Shown here: piece after piece, positions 1-9,504 of the stretch
How positions within the stretch are numbered: the stretch's first letter is position 1
Layout: every line of letters begins with the position of its first letter
Virus record (IMG/VR): IMGVR_UViG_3300033997_000406
Span: 1-64,000 of that record
Source: a virus
Length of the DNA stretch: 64,000 bases
Reading direction: 5' to 3' (one strand)
Position numbers and translations under genes: made by a program
The notes under the pieces: model-generated
The model's input: only the letters and a program-made list of their open reading frames with translations
What the model was told of the DNA's origin: nothing
Databases searched by the model: none

Positions 1-31
1 TCGACTCCAGCGTCTGCACGTTTAACATCCT

Positions 32-766
32 TTACTTGCCTGCTGTCACAGTAGAGCTGCAATCGCTGTGTGGTGAACCTGTGTACTGACAGATATGAGC
101 GCCTGTAACTACACCAGCGCCTTCGTTTAACGCTATTTTTTCCGCATCAATAGAAGCTGGCCCTTTGACGATAATGGTTAATTTCTTTGATATTTCCTCA
201 AGGACATTGCCGTTTGTCGTGCGAAAGTGATCCCCCTCAGTGTGAAAAACAAGATGCCCTTTATCATTAATGTGGAAGCTGGTACCGCTGGGCTTATGCG
301 TCAGACAATATTCGCCGGACATGGTGATTTGCTGCAGAATACCGAATACATCAGCGACTTTATCACCGTAGGCAGATTGCGGGCCTGGCGGCTCCTTCTC
401 GCCCCGTTTGTGCTGATATGCACCTGAAAATAAATCATCAGGCAGATGACTTTCACCGCCTGGGGCATAATAAGCGCCACCTGTGATACGTGGGCGCCGA
501 GTATCACCGGAATACGGAAAGTCTACCCACACCAGATCGCCTATCTGAACTGGCATAGCTTCACCCGCTTTGGGCCTGGCGCCTAATGGCAGGCGATACT
601 CAGCCCATGGCAGCTCATCCACAGGGATATGTTCTGCACCCAAAAGCCGGATTTTCGCTTTATGCAGCCCTCTAGGTTCTATGTTGTCGACAACTGTAGC
701 GCGATACTCACCAAAGAGGCGGCCGGATGGATTACTACGGGTCTCGTTATTCAAAAGCGACCTCAC
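32..766 (-). CDS. Baseplate spike/assembly protein V (P1 gp5-like)
   Basis: OB-fold gpV signature YRATVVDNIEPRG...LPWAE...P.IGDLVWVDF..GD.RRP; C-terminal HIC..TG.PH metal-binding tip. Confidence 0.85.
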   Translation of the reverse strand: MRSLLNNETRSNPSGRLFGEYRATVVDNIEPRGLHKAKIRLLGAEHIPVDELPWAEYRLPLGARPKAGEAMPVQIGDLVWVDFPYSGDTRRPRITGGAYYAPGGESHLPDDLFSGAYQHKRGEKEPPGPQSAYGDKVADVFGILQQITMSGEYCLTHKPSGTSFHINDKGHLVFHTEGDHFRTTNGNVLEEISKKLTIIVKGPASIDAEKIALNEGAGVVTGAHICQYTGSPHSDCSSTVTAGK

Positions 767-1736
767 TTAGTTCTATGCGGTTTAAATAACTCATGCCAGC
801 ATGGTGATGCGATATGGTTGACACCAGTAGCTTAGAGGGGAGGGATTCATCTACTTCGCCAAACGCATCATGTTTGACTATATCCAGCTCCAGCAGCATC
901 GATGGGAAAACAGACGCGAGGCCATGGCTAGTCATATCAAGACGTGGCAATAAATAGGCATTTTGATTGTCCAGTCTGCGGCCAGGCAACCCGGACACAA
1001 AGGCTGAAGGAAATCCCGCCTGAGCTGAGCCTTTTATAAGTTCGCCGTAATCGTTAAATGTGTACCACTGGCGCCGAAGGTTGCGCTCATACAGCGCTTT
1101 CAGATCTGGCCTTGTCTGGTTCGCTATGTTTATGTCAATCTTCCCGCGACTGCGGTTAGTGCCAACTTTGTAAGCGGGTGGCTGACCTTTGAGGCTGCTA
1201 AGCGTCTTAAAATACACTTTGCCACGGCAAATAAATAAAGCAGCCCCATAATCGCGAGCCATCGCCCTGAGCATCCGGCTTGGGGTCATTCCTTCGTTTA
1301 AGTGGTAGGTTCCAGCGTCCGTTATATCGGTGACAACTGTTAAGCCTGGCAGAAGCTGCTGCAAAATGAACCCAGGTCTTTTTTCGTTAAAATACCGAGC
1401 CTTTGGAGCTGGGGTTTTCAGTTTTGCACAATCGGCCTGAAACGCATCGATAGTGATCACGTCCCCTTCTTTCTTTGGAGGCCCCACGGTAAAGCGCTCT
1501 TTGAAACTGGAACCGGCGTTGTTGTGAAGGTCTGACATTTCACACACAATCTCAGAGCCACCCGTTAAACCATACTGGTCAGTGATCAGGGTTAAACTAT
1601 CCCTGATCTGCATCGTCAGCATCGGGCCATCCATATTGATAGTTTCTATGTAAGTCGCCTGTATCACCGAATCCAAATCAAGCGCTTGGCCGTTAATCGT
1701 CATGCTCTGAATGAATGCCCGCGATTTTTCAGCCAT
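747..1736 (-). CDS. Baseplate hub / tail protein (P1 gp6-like)
   Basis: 329 aa, overlaps gp5-like gene, position in P1 26-25-7-24-6-5 operon. Confidence 0.7.
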   Translation of the reverse strand: MAEKSRAFIQSMTINGQALDLDSVIQATYIETINMDGPMLTMQIRDSLTLITDQYGLTGGSEIVCEMSDLHNNAGSSFKERFTVGPPKKEGDVITIDAFQADCAKLKTPAPKARYFNEKRPGFILQQLLPGLTVVTDITDAGTYHLNEGMTPSRMLRAMARDYGAALFICRGKVYFKTLSSLKGQPPAYKVGTNRSRGKIDINIANQTRPDLKALYERNLRRQWYTFNDYGELIKGSAQAGFPSAFVSGLPGRRLDNQNAYLLPRLDMTSHGLASVFPSMLLELDIVKHDAFGEVDESLPSKLLVSTISHHHAGMSYLNRIELSEVAFE

Positions 1737-1738
1737 AT

Positions 1739-2458
1739 CTACACCACGCCGGACACTTCAAGGGCAAATTCTGTTTTCACTGTCCGCGCTTCTGCATACC
1801 TGGCTTGCAAGTAATCAAAATCAAGCGCTGCAGTCACAGACAAACTTCGCAATTTACCTTCTTCGTAAGCAACAGATCCGTTTGTTGCTGTAGCCAATGG
1901 GCCGTCAGTGAATTTACCAGCTGTCATTAGCTGCGTGTCAGCAAGAACCGTCCTTACTTCGATAGACTTATCGCCCGTTCTGCGCCGTAGCCACATACAG
2001 TAAAGGGCCGCCAGTGGCTCTATATCCCTGTCACTCCAGCCAACAAAATTCACTGTGTACGTGAATGTCATAACCGAGCAGTCAATCAGTGCCACTAAAT
2101 TATCGTCATCGTCCCAAGTGGAATACATTGCATCTTTATCAACCCCTGCACTGGTCGCTGGATCAGCGAACACCAATCCAGGCTCTCGGGTGACATAGAT
2201 GGCAGGGAGTTGGTTTTTTGTGACACCTTTTTTAGCCAAGGCCATAAGGAACCGGCGCGGGCTCTCAAACTCGCCTATCATGACTCGCTCTTCAACTGGC
2301 CTGGCTGCCCACTCCCTGAGTCGTGGGGTCGCTATTCTGCTGACCACTTCACTGATGCGGTTCACAACCGCCGTATCGATATGGTCAAGCTCCATAGGTT
2401 CTATCGGGCCTGTCGGACTAAATTCTAAATGTTCAATTGTTTGGTCTAATGTGGTCAT
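1739..2458 (-). CDS. Tail/baseplate protein (P1 gp24-like)
   Basis: Size and synteny; LPAIYVTR motif. Confidence 0.6.
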   Translation of the reverse strand: MTTLDQTIEHLEFSPTGPIEPMELDHIDTAVVNRISEVVSRIATPRLREWAARPVEERVMIGEFESPRRFLMALAKKGVTKNQLPAIYVTREPGLVFADPATSAGVDKDAMYSTWDDDDNLVALIDCSVMTFTYTVNFVGWSDRDIEPLAALYCMWLRRRTGDKSIEVRTVLADTQLMTAGKFTDGPLATATNGSVAYEEGKLRSLSVTAALDFDYLQARYAEARTVKTEFALEVSGVV

Positions 2459-3003
2459 GCGTTAAGCCCTGTAAAGTCTTTCAGTGGGATCAGGTAGTAA
2501 GTGGCGCCTGCTTTGGTGCTGCCAAGACTGCTGATGTGATGCACATACCACCACGTCCGGCGAGTTTCGCCTTCGCTTAACTCATCTTCCCATTCAAGGG
2601 CAGCACCCACCGGCACGGCGTCAGCATCAATAAAAACCATTAGGAACTCTTCAACGTCACTAATCAGGTCATCGCCTGACTGTTCAACGTCGAACTGATC
2701 TTGCTTACTTGGCTGCTCCAGGACGCACACCGTTATAGGGTCTTGATAGCTCAGCACCGCCTGATTTGTGTCTGGCCGAGAAAACTTAGCTGTTTCAAGC
2801 CATTCATCAGCACCAGCAGAGCCAGCAGATTCAACTGGCAGGTAAAGCAGCGCCTCAAAGTTTTCGGGGGACGTGCGAATATATTTGAGCTGGTCCTCTC
2901 TGATTGCATTGTTATAGGGCTGATGCCCCTTATGCCGACTTTTACGAATGATCGGCAGTGCATCAGTGGCGGCTGGTTCTGTAATGGCGGCTGGTTCTGT
3001 CAT
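2455..3003 (-). CDS. Tail stability protein (P1 gp7-like)
   Basis: Size and synteny; GAALEW...WWYVH motif; duplicated N-terminal TEPAA. Confidence 0.6.
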   Translation of the reverse strand: MTEPAAITEPAATDALPIIRKSRHKGHQPYNNAIREDQLKYIRTSPENFEALLYLPVESAGSAGADEWLETAKFSRPDTNQAVLSYQDPITVCVLEQPSKQDQFDVEQSGDDLISDVEEFLMVFIDADAVPVGAALEWEDELSEGETRRTWWYVHHISSLGSTKAGATYYLIPLKDFTGLNA

Positions 3004-3005
3004 TT

Positions 3006-4223
3006 TTAATCGCTCGTTATTTCGTTTAATTGCTCAATGCTCAAGCCTATCTTTTGGGCCACCATTGCCTTTACATCCGCTTCCGGCTTTCCTTGGTGCA
3101 TATCCTCAAAAATTCTAATCATGCTCTTTGCCAGATCACGGTTGAGCTGACGACTCCTTAAACTGGCTTCATCAGCTGCTTTTGCTCGCGTTTCAGCGGC
3201 CTCTACTTTTTTCTCTACTTCCTTCAGCTTTTTTCTGGCCTTTAGCGTCTGCTGCCTGGCTCTTGCTAATGCCGGGTCGTTTTTACCAAGCTTTGCTCCA
3301 AGGGCATTCTGACGCCTCTCATACTTTTCGAACTCTGCCATGGCCTGACTCTGATCAAGCGGCTTGCGAGTCGTGTACAGCATCTTTTTAGCGTCATCTT
3401 CGCTGATCACGATTTTGCGGCCGTCACCATAACCAACCTTGCTGGCCTGCTGTGACATTGCCTTTTCAAACTGACGCTGGAAGGCTGCGTGTTGGCACTT
3501 GTTCAGCACATGCAGGACGTGCTTACAGGCCACACCAGAAAAATTAGGGTTACGAACCTTGGGCGGGGCGAATTCTTTGGGTGGCGCCAGGCAGTAATTA
3601 CCAATCGTGGATAGGTAGCGGTACCAGTACTGATGGCGCCCGCAATCGCATTGAATGGATATTCTGCCCTTCAGTGCCGCTTTGACTGCTTTGCCATACC
3701 CCTTATCAGGGTCTACCTGCATCAGTGCATCGTCCCACTCTTCAAATCGCAATTTGACGGCATGATACTCATAGCCGTTTTTCGCTGAGGCCTTGACTCT
3801 GAATGTGGTTACGTTGCTTTGAATTATGGAAATATTGGCGTAGCGAATGCCTGAACCATCAGACACCTGGTTGTTTGCCCGCTTAATATCAATATCAGTA
3901 GAACCGGCAATGATCTGCAGATAGGTAATGCCCGCTGACTTATTGTTATAGCGCTTCTGAAAAGCCTTTTTAGACTTCTCAAGGTTAAGCAAATCTTCCC
4001 TTGTGAACGGGGTTCCATCTTCTTTTTTACCGAGCTTAGCCAAGTCGGCCGGACTTTTCCGGCGTAGCATTGCGGGGGTAAGTGTCCTGTACGCATCCTT
4101 TCGTCGCTGGTTCTGCTCTTTGCGGATCACTTCAAATAGCTTTACGAACTGTTTCTGATTCAGCCCGTCGACTTTATAACGCCCATTGTCCAGCTTCTCT
4201 GGACGGCCCTTATTACTCGCCAT
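3006..4223 (-). CDS. P1 gp25-like protein with SWIM-type zinc finger
   Basis: CDCGRHQYWYRY...ACKHVLHVL motif; 405 aa; synteny. Confidence 0.75.
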   Translation of the reverse strand: MASNKGRPEKLDNGRYKVDGLNQKQFVKLFEVIRKEQNQRRKDAYRTLTPAMLRRKSPADLAKLGKKEDGTPFTREDLLNLEKSKKAFQKRYNNKSAGITYLQIIAGSTDIDIKRANNQVSDGSGIRYANISIIQSNVTTFRVKASAKNGYEYHAVKLRFEEWDDALMQVDPDKGYGKAVKAALKGRISIQCDCGRHQYWYRYLSTIGNYCLAPPKEFAPPKVRNPNFSGVACKHVLHVLNKCQHAAFQRQFEKAMSQQASKVGYGDGRKIVISEDDAKKMLYTTRKPLDQSQAMAEFEKYERRQNALGAKLGKNDPALARARQQTLKARKKLKEVEKKVEAAETRAKAADEASLRSRQLNRDLAKSMIRIFEDMHQGKPEADVKAMVAQKIGLSIEQLNEITSD

Positions 4224-4524
4224 CTTTCACCGCTCGGATCATTTGGCGCACAGTAGCCAGAGGCGGAAACAGCACAGAAAAGCCAACAGGCAAGCCAGCA
4301 AGTAAATCGTCCATATTGCAGACCAGCAGCACCAGCCACTCTAATTCAGGAGTGCCATAAATCCTTTGTGAAGCCAAATCCACCCTGAACTCTTCATCTG
4401 CCTTTACTTCATAGCGGCGGCACTCGCCTGGATTATCCCGGATAAAAGCCAGTATTTGCCTGTACAGCTGCACACGGCGAATATCATCTTCAATACTTAA
4501 ATCTGAAAGCCTGCTGACTGTCAT
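4213..4524 (-). CDS. Baseplate protein (P1 gp26-like)
   Basis: R.DLASQRIYGTPELEWLV LysM/gp53-like motif. Confidence 0.75.
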   Translation of the reverse strand: MTVSRLSDLSIEDDIRRVQLYRQILAFIRDNPGECRRYEVKADEEFRVDLASQRIYGTPELEWLVLLVCNMDDLLAGLPVGFSVLFPPLATVRQMIRAVKDGE

Positions 4525-5087
4525 AGCCTGAACCCTCGTACAGTAGAGCGGCTGCCGGTCGCTTTAATAAGTGCCAAATGGCCAAAGTACTGCTGAAGGT
4601 AAGTTACCTCTTGCGGCTGGTGATGTAGGGCGTGATAGCTCAGCAACAAAATAGCGAGCTGCTCTTCTTTGAATGCTTCCCAGTCGATGATGTAAGTAGT
4701 GCGGCCGTTACCGTCTATCAGTGGCTCTGTGACTGTTTCATTGACATCGATACGAGGGCAGCCATCAGCAAATGTAATAGAGCGCAGCTGTTGCAGGCTT
4801 CGGTAAGCATTTAATGCCAGGACAAGGCGGGGCATACCATTTGAGTCAGTATCGGATAGGCCTGTGCGTAGTGCAGAGAACGGCAATTGGTTGTAGACAT
4901 CATCCACCGCGATGATAAACCCTTTGAGCTTGTACTCAGTGACATAAGCAGCTGCAGCTGCTGCCACTGAGGCAATATCGCCCTTAAAAGCTTTCCACTT
5001 TGCCACCATCAATCGGCCGTTTTTGTAACCGCCGATCATGACGGTAGCGCCATTTTTGACGCGCACGACACAAATCTTTTTGTCCAT
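4521..5087 (-). CDS. mat: Particle maturation protein (P1 Mat-like)
   Basis: DGNGRTTYIIDWEAFKEEQLAILLLSYHA resembles the recalled C-terminal half of P1 Mat. Confidence 0.55.
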   Translation of the reverse strand: MDKKICVVRVKNGATVMIGGYKNGRLMVAKWKAFKGDIASVAAAAAAYVTEYKLKGFIIAVDDVYNQLPFSALRTGLSDTDSNGMPRLVLALNAYRSLQQLRSITFADGCPRIDVNETVTEPLIDGNGRTTYIIDWEAFKEEQLAILLLSYHALHHQPQEVTYLQQYFGHLALIKATGSRSTVRGFRL

Positions 5088-5143
5088 CCTGACCGCTCAA
5101 TCTGTATGAATGGGTCAATTATGAGTTATGCGCTTATTTACTG

Positions 5144-5160
5144 TAAACTGTTAGGATAAT
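5144..5160 (-). promoter_or_regulatory. 17-bp repeated operator (putative C1 operator)
   Basis: ATTATCCTAACAGTTTA on minus strand upstream of mat. Confidence 0.6.
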
Positions 5161-5200
5161 TAAGGCTTGTTCAAATGGTGGCAGCCGCACGATAGGCAGC

Positions 5201-5374
5201 AAAAAACCCGCCTTTAGGGGGCGGGTTCTGCGATATTTTAACGCTGGCGGGGTGTTTGCTAACGCCAGCGCTAGGCTTCACGCCTACTATAGCCTTTTAA
5301 ACCAAAGAAGCATCTACACCCAATACCCCATTGGTCGATCCGCTCAGGTTTAGTTTATGCGGCTCCAATTAGTC
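5201..5374 (-). ncRNA. Candidate structured small RNA (~175 nt)
   Basis: TTGAAA-18-TATTCT promoter (5410..5381), several hairpins, intrinsic terminator 5201-5228, no substantial ORF. Confidence 0.4.
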
Positions 5375-5468
5375 GGGTTCAGAATAGCAGTGCTGGTGCT
5401 GGAATTTCAAGCAGATGAAACACAGAAAGGTAAATTAAGTTGACTCAACCGCTTATTTTTCATCTAAT

Positions 5469-5542
5469 GCCGCCCGCTGAGTGGTTGAGTTCGACGATTT
5501 TGTCACGCGGCAGAAGCCCCTGTATTGGGGCTTTTATTTTTT
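5469..5542 (+). ncRNA. Candidate small RNA (~70 nt)
   Basis: TTGACT-17-TCTAAT promoter (5440-5468), GCCGC/GCGGC stem, terminator AAGCCCC-TGTATT-GGGGCTT-TTATTTTTT. Confidence 0.4.
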
Positions 5543-5545
5543 CTG

Positions 5546-5884
5546 CTACGCCGCCAGGCTTGGTTCGCACCGCAATACCTTTAAACACGCCCTGTTAAAC
5601 GCATGGATAAAGGATGGCACGGTACTTTGAGTATGTTCGCTGCCGCTATTTAACTGCAGTATTACCCCTTTCCTGTGAGCATCTGACGCTTGAGTGATGT
5701 AGCACTTAGCCCGGAGTATGCCATACACAATCTGTTTTGCTTCTTTGCGAGTGACCGGGCTGTAAGGAGCGCTTTCGGTGAACATCGCTTGTATATCCTT
5801 GGCTGTATAAGCCACGCCTATTTTCATCTGAGACACCACCCAGCCCACTCGCCCACTACCGCCCCTTTTTCCTCTATTGGCCAT
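5546..5884 (-). CDS. Hypothetical protein, possible winged-helix DNA-binding protein
   Basis: ORF with GGGGGA RBS. Confidence 0.5.
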   Translation of the reverse strand: MANRGKRGGSGRVGWVVSQMKIGVAYTAKDIQAMFTESAPYSPVTRKEAKQIVYGILRAKCYITQASDAHRKGVILQLNSGSEHTQSTVPSFIHAFNRACLKVLRCEPSLAA

Positions 5885-6008
5885 ACGTCCCCCAGTGCTT
5901 TAACCATTATCAAAGCCGCCAGAAAACCCATTTAAGCGGCAGAAAAATACAGTAAAAGTCTACAGCTAAAAACCACTGTATAAAATAACAACTTTAAATT
6001 ATTAATTG

Positions 6009-6025
6009 TTATCTGTTAGGATAAT
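6009..6025 (-). promoter_or_regulatory. 17-bp repeated operator
   Basis: ATTATCCTAACAGATAA (minus) in divergent intergenic region. Confidence 0.6.
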
Positions 6026-6107
6026 GGCAACTAAGAAGTATCCAAACCTGCTACATAGGCGGGAGCCTCTTAGTCCGCTTTGTATCTAATAACAGTAAGG
6101 GCAGATC

Positions 6108-6392
6108 ATGAAAGTTAAAAACACGGTAACAACAGGTTCGGTTTCCTCTCCAGCAGCAAAGGTTTTAACTCAGTACCTTAAGCGCCAGCGCCAAGAACAA
6201 GGCCTGACCATGCGCGAAATTGGTGAGCGCATGAATGGGCCGCACTCCTTTGTAGGCAAGATTGAGAACAACGAGCGCCGTATAGACATTGTTGAATACG
6301 CGAAGTACTGCCAGCTGTTAGGTATAGATGCAATGGTCGGTTTTCAGCTGGTCATGGAACAAGTCAAAGCAGAACTGGCCCAGCGCAGCTAA
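6108..6392 (+). CDS. XRE-family HTH regulator
   Basis: RQEQGLTMREIGERM...FVGKIENNERRIDIVEY. Confidence 0.9.
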   Translation: MKVKNTVTTGSVSSPAAKVLTQYLKRQRQEQGLTMREIGERMNGPHSFVGKIENNERRIDIVEYAKYCQLLGIDAMVGFQLVMEQVKAELAQRS

Positions 6393-6434
6393 CCCACCTA
6401 CCGCAGCCAGTCGGCTACTGGCTAAGGAAAGAAG

Positions 6435-6599
6435 ATGAAATATTTGGTTACTTTAGAAGATGGCGAAGTGGTTTTACCAGCGCAAGGCGCTGCAGCTTAT
6501 GGTGCATGGTTCGATCAGCTAGCGCACAAATACGTTTTTCTTAGCGAAACCAAGGGTAAGAAATTAACAAAAATAATAGTTAAACATCGCGATTTTTAA
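6435..6599 (+). CDS. Small hypothetical protein (54 aa, not in ORF track)
   Basis: AAGGA RBS; MKYLVTLEDGEVVLPAQG...HRDF*. Confidence 0.55.
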   Translation: MKYLVTLEDGEVVLPAQGAAAYGAWFDQLAHKYVFLSETKGKKLTKIIVKHRDF

Positions 6600-6663
6600 C
6601 TACAAAGACCGTAGCCAGTCGGTTATCGCTGGCTCCTTCCGCATATTTAATCCTGAGGCAGTA

Positions 6664-7155
6664 ATGACGAACCAAACACCTAACGGCGAGTTCTGTGGTG
6701 CGGACCATTCAAGTGGCCCCGACAGCGGCGCTGAAATTACAGCTACTAACGTCACAATAGAGCTGTGCATTGGCCTGCACGGCGTATGTGTTGTGAGTCT
6801 ATTGGGCGATGAATGGGACTGGGTGGATAACGACCTTGCAAGCAACGGCGCTGATGTGTGGCATGACCGCTTACCAGAACACGACAAGCCAATTCAGGGC
6901 GCATACTCCATAGACTGCAAGGTTTCACTTTACGAGCAAGCCGATCGGTTAACTTATGAAGTAATTTCCTCTGGCCCTGTGAACCCAAAGAACTGGGATA
7001 GCTCTTGGAGCGATAGCGAAAAAGAGACACCTACACCAGCTGATTACTATGAGCTGCAAAAGCAGTATGACCAGCTTCAAACTGAGCTTTTTAGCGCACA
7101 AAAAGAATTGGCCGGCTACCAGAAATTGGAGGCGGCTAATGGTGAGAGGGATTGA
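6664..7155 (+). CDS. Hypothetical phage protein
   Basis: GAGG RBS, acidic 163 aa ORF. Confidence 0.6.
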   Translation: MTNQTPNGEFCGADHSSGPDSGAEITATNVTIELCIGLHGVCVVSLLGDEWDWVDNDLASNGADVWHDRLPEHDKPIQGAYSIDCKVSLYEQADRLTYEVISSGPVNPKNWDSSWSDSEKETPTPADYYELQKQYDQLQTELFSAQKELAGYQKLEAANGERD

Positions 7156-8056
7156 TTTATTTGCTGGTGGCGGTGGAACCTCTACCGGGGCTATTAAAGC
7201 TGGTGTAAACATCATTTGGAGCGCAAACCATAATAAGCTTGCTGTAGATTTCCTTAAAAAAAATCATCCTGGCATGGACGTAATATGCCAAGACCTGCAC
7301 CAGGCCGATTGGTCAACTGTGCCAGAGCATGACATATTGTTTGCGTCACCCTGCTGCCAGGGCCACTCCAGAGCCGCTGGCAAGGTAAAGCGAACCATAA
7401 AAGCGGACCAGAGCAGATCAACCGCTTGGGCGGTTGTAAGCGCATTGGAAGCACACAAAACAAAAGTTGCAGTGATTGAGAATGTGCTCGACTTCATGAA
7501 GTGGCAGCTTTTTGATGCGTGGAAATACGCTATGGAGTCCATCGGTTACACGCTTTCTATTAACCTCATAAACGCTGCCGACTTGGGCGTACCTCAGAAC
7601 CGGTTGAGGCTGATTATTGTAGCTACCAGAACAAAGCACCCGCTGGAGCTAAATCTAACTAAAGAGGATCACGTTCCAGCCAGAACCTTCATAGACCTTT
7701 CTTTTGAAGGTCACGATTGGGATCTAGTGGCTGATAGAGTGCAAAAAACCCGTAGCCGCGTTGAAAATGGTCGGAAGCAGTTTGGTGAGATATTCCTAGA
7801 CGCCGCATATGGCACAGAGCGCAGCGGTCGATCGTTAGATAGGCCAATAGGCACCATAACCACAGTAAATAAACACAGCGTTGTTTTTGGTGACTACATA
7901 CGCCCTATTTCAATAGCTGAAGCAGCTGCAGCTCAATCATTCCCGCCTAACTATAAATGGCCATCATCATCAACAGCAACTAAGCACATGATAGGCAATG
8001 CCGTACCACCACTGATGGCTGAGAAGATAACCACAGCTATCCTGAGAACAATTTAA
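7139..8056 (+). CDS. DNA cytosine-5 methyltransferase
   Basis: Motifs DLFAGGGG, SPCCQGHS, ENV, PQNRLR, IGNAVPP; start reassigned to ATG 7139. Confidence 0.95.
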   Translation: MVRGIDLFAGGGGTSTGAIKAGVNIIWSANHNKLAVDFLKKNHPGMDVICQDLHQADWSTVPEHDILFASPCCQGHSRAAGKVKRTIKADQSRSTAWAVVSALEAHKTKVAVIENVLDFMKWQLFDAWKYAMESIGYTLSINLINAADLGVPQNRLRLIIVATRTKHPLELNLTKEDHVPARTFIDLSFEGHDWDLVADRVQKTRSRVENGRKQFGEIFLDAAYGTERSGRSLDRPIGTITTVNKHSVVFGDYIRPISIAEAAAAQSFPPNYKWPSSSTATKHMIGNAVPPLMAEKITTAILRTI

Positions 8057-8069
8057 GGCAGGTAAAACG

Positions 8070-8288
8070 ATGAGTAATGCAGGGCCAGGCAAATACGATG
8101 ACGCTTGCACTGTTGCAAGAGAATCAACAAAAGCAAGCGGCGTATTGCTTGTGGTTTTTGAGGGTGAAAAAGGTAGCGGCTTCTCTGTTCAGGCACCCCC
8201 TGAAATCATAGCGGCTATGCCCAACATTCTGGAAGAAGTGGCAGCGCAAATCAGAACTGCAGCTGCCAGAGCACCCCAACTAGATTAA
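8070..8288 (+). CDS. Hypothetical phage protein
   Basis: GPGKYDDACT motif, RBS. Confidence 0.6.
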   Translation: MSNAGPGKYDDACTVARESTKASGVLLVVFEGEKGSGFSVQAPPEIIAAMPNILEEVAAQIRTAAARAPQLD

Positions 8289-8305
8289 ACAACAGGTGAT
8301 AATCC

Positions 8306-8863
8306 GTGAAATTTGAAGCAACAAAAGACCAGATCACACTGCATGGACTTGGCTTTCTGCAGGTTATTTTACCTCACAATCAGCGCCTTCATGTCTGGCA
8401 CCCTGACCTGCCTCGGCGAAGCTGTTTTGAGCATTCAGCTATTCATGATCACCGCTTTGGCTTTGTTTCCAGAGTGCTGATCGGCTATCAGGTAAATCAA
8501 TTGTACAGAATCAACCCAACCCCTGAACTTTTAACTCATGTAGCTTATTTGCATGAAGGTCCGCGAACAAGATTTGGAAATCGACCGTGGATTGAGGACT
8601 ACCGCTGCCATTTAGAGCCAGTTGGCGAGCCTCGAATCATAAGCCCAGGCGAACAATATGAAATGAATCCCTACATGCTTCACGCGACTAAATGTGAGGG
8701 CATTTGCGTAACCTTAATGACAAAGACCACCGAAGAAACTCAAGGGGCGCATTCATACTGCTCGATAGGTATAGAGCCGGATGTGGATTTTGACCGCAAA
8801 CAGTGGACGCAAGACCGCCTGTGGGAAGTTTTCAAAGACTCCATGATGACAGATAGGGGGTAA
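8306..8863 (+). CDS. Hypothetical protein, cupin-like
   Basis: RLHVWHP...IHDHRFGFVSRVLIG...LHAT His-rich cupin-like pattern. Confidence 0.55.
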   Translation: MKFEATKDQITLHGLGFLQVILPHNQRLHVWHPDLPRRSCFEHSAIHDHRFGFVSRVLIGYQVNQLYRINPTPELLTHVAYLHEGPRTRFGNRPWIEDYRCHLEPVGEPRIISPGEQYEMNPYMLHATKCEGICVTLMTKTTEETQGAHSYCSIGIEPDVDFDRKQWTQDRLWEVFKDSMMTDRG

Positions 8864-8869
8864 AGCGAC

Positions 8870-9295
8870 ATGGCCAAGCTAAAACCTAAAGGATTTATTG
8901 CGATCTGCCAGTGTGAAAACATTGTTGGAGCAATGGATTATGAAAGTACTGAACGCAAAGACGCAGGTAAGCTGCTGGGTGAGTGGATTCATAACGGCTG
9001 CACAATTAAGCCAATGTTCCTAAGCTCATGGTCTGCATCTGTAAAGCCTTGTGAATGCGAATCTGGCAAGGCTAAAGAAAAAGAGCATCAAACAAACAAA
9101 ACAGAACATCAAATACGGGTGGATGGAAAGCCTATCTACTGGCCTTATGGCATAAATAATGACGCCTTAGAAAAATTCGTTACGTTGTGCGAAGTCCATC
9201 CCGATTGCTATGTAGACATTGCCATTGTTCACACCCAAATACTGGTGAGTCAGCATAGTTATGGCCAGCTTAAAAAACACTTTAATACACAATAA
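8870..9295 (+). CDS. Hypothetical phage protein
   Basis: ORF in operon with RBS. Confidence 0.55.
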   Translation: MAKLKPKGFIAICQCENIVGAMDYESTERKDAGKLLGEWIHNGCTIKPMFLSSWSASVKPCECESGKAKEKEHQTNKTEHQIRVDGKPIYWPYGINNDALEKFVTLCEVHPDCYVDIAIVHTQILVSQHSYGQLKKHFNTQ

Positions 9296-9308
9296 GGAAA
9301 AAAATCAG

Positions 9309-9491
9309 ATGGCTACTGCACAGCAGTTAGAAATTGGAACAAAAGTTAGATACTACCCACTTCTGAGCAATAAAGATGTTTTTACTGACCATGAAGTTCA
9401 ATCAGAGTGCTGGGATGTTTGTGGTGAGCAAGTTGTAAAAGTAACTGGTAAGTCTGGCGGTGTAAGCATTAAGCACCTTGATTTAATTTAG
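9309..9491 (+). CDS. Hypothetical phage protein
   Basis: AAGGA RBS before ATG 9309; GTKVRYYP motif. Confidence 0.55.
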   Translation: MATAQQLEIGTKVRYYPLLSNKDVFTDHEVQSECWDVCGEQVVKVTGKSGGVSIKHLDLI

Positions 9492-9504
9492 GCGGGACTA
9501 AGCT

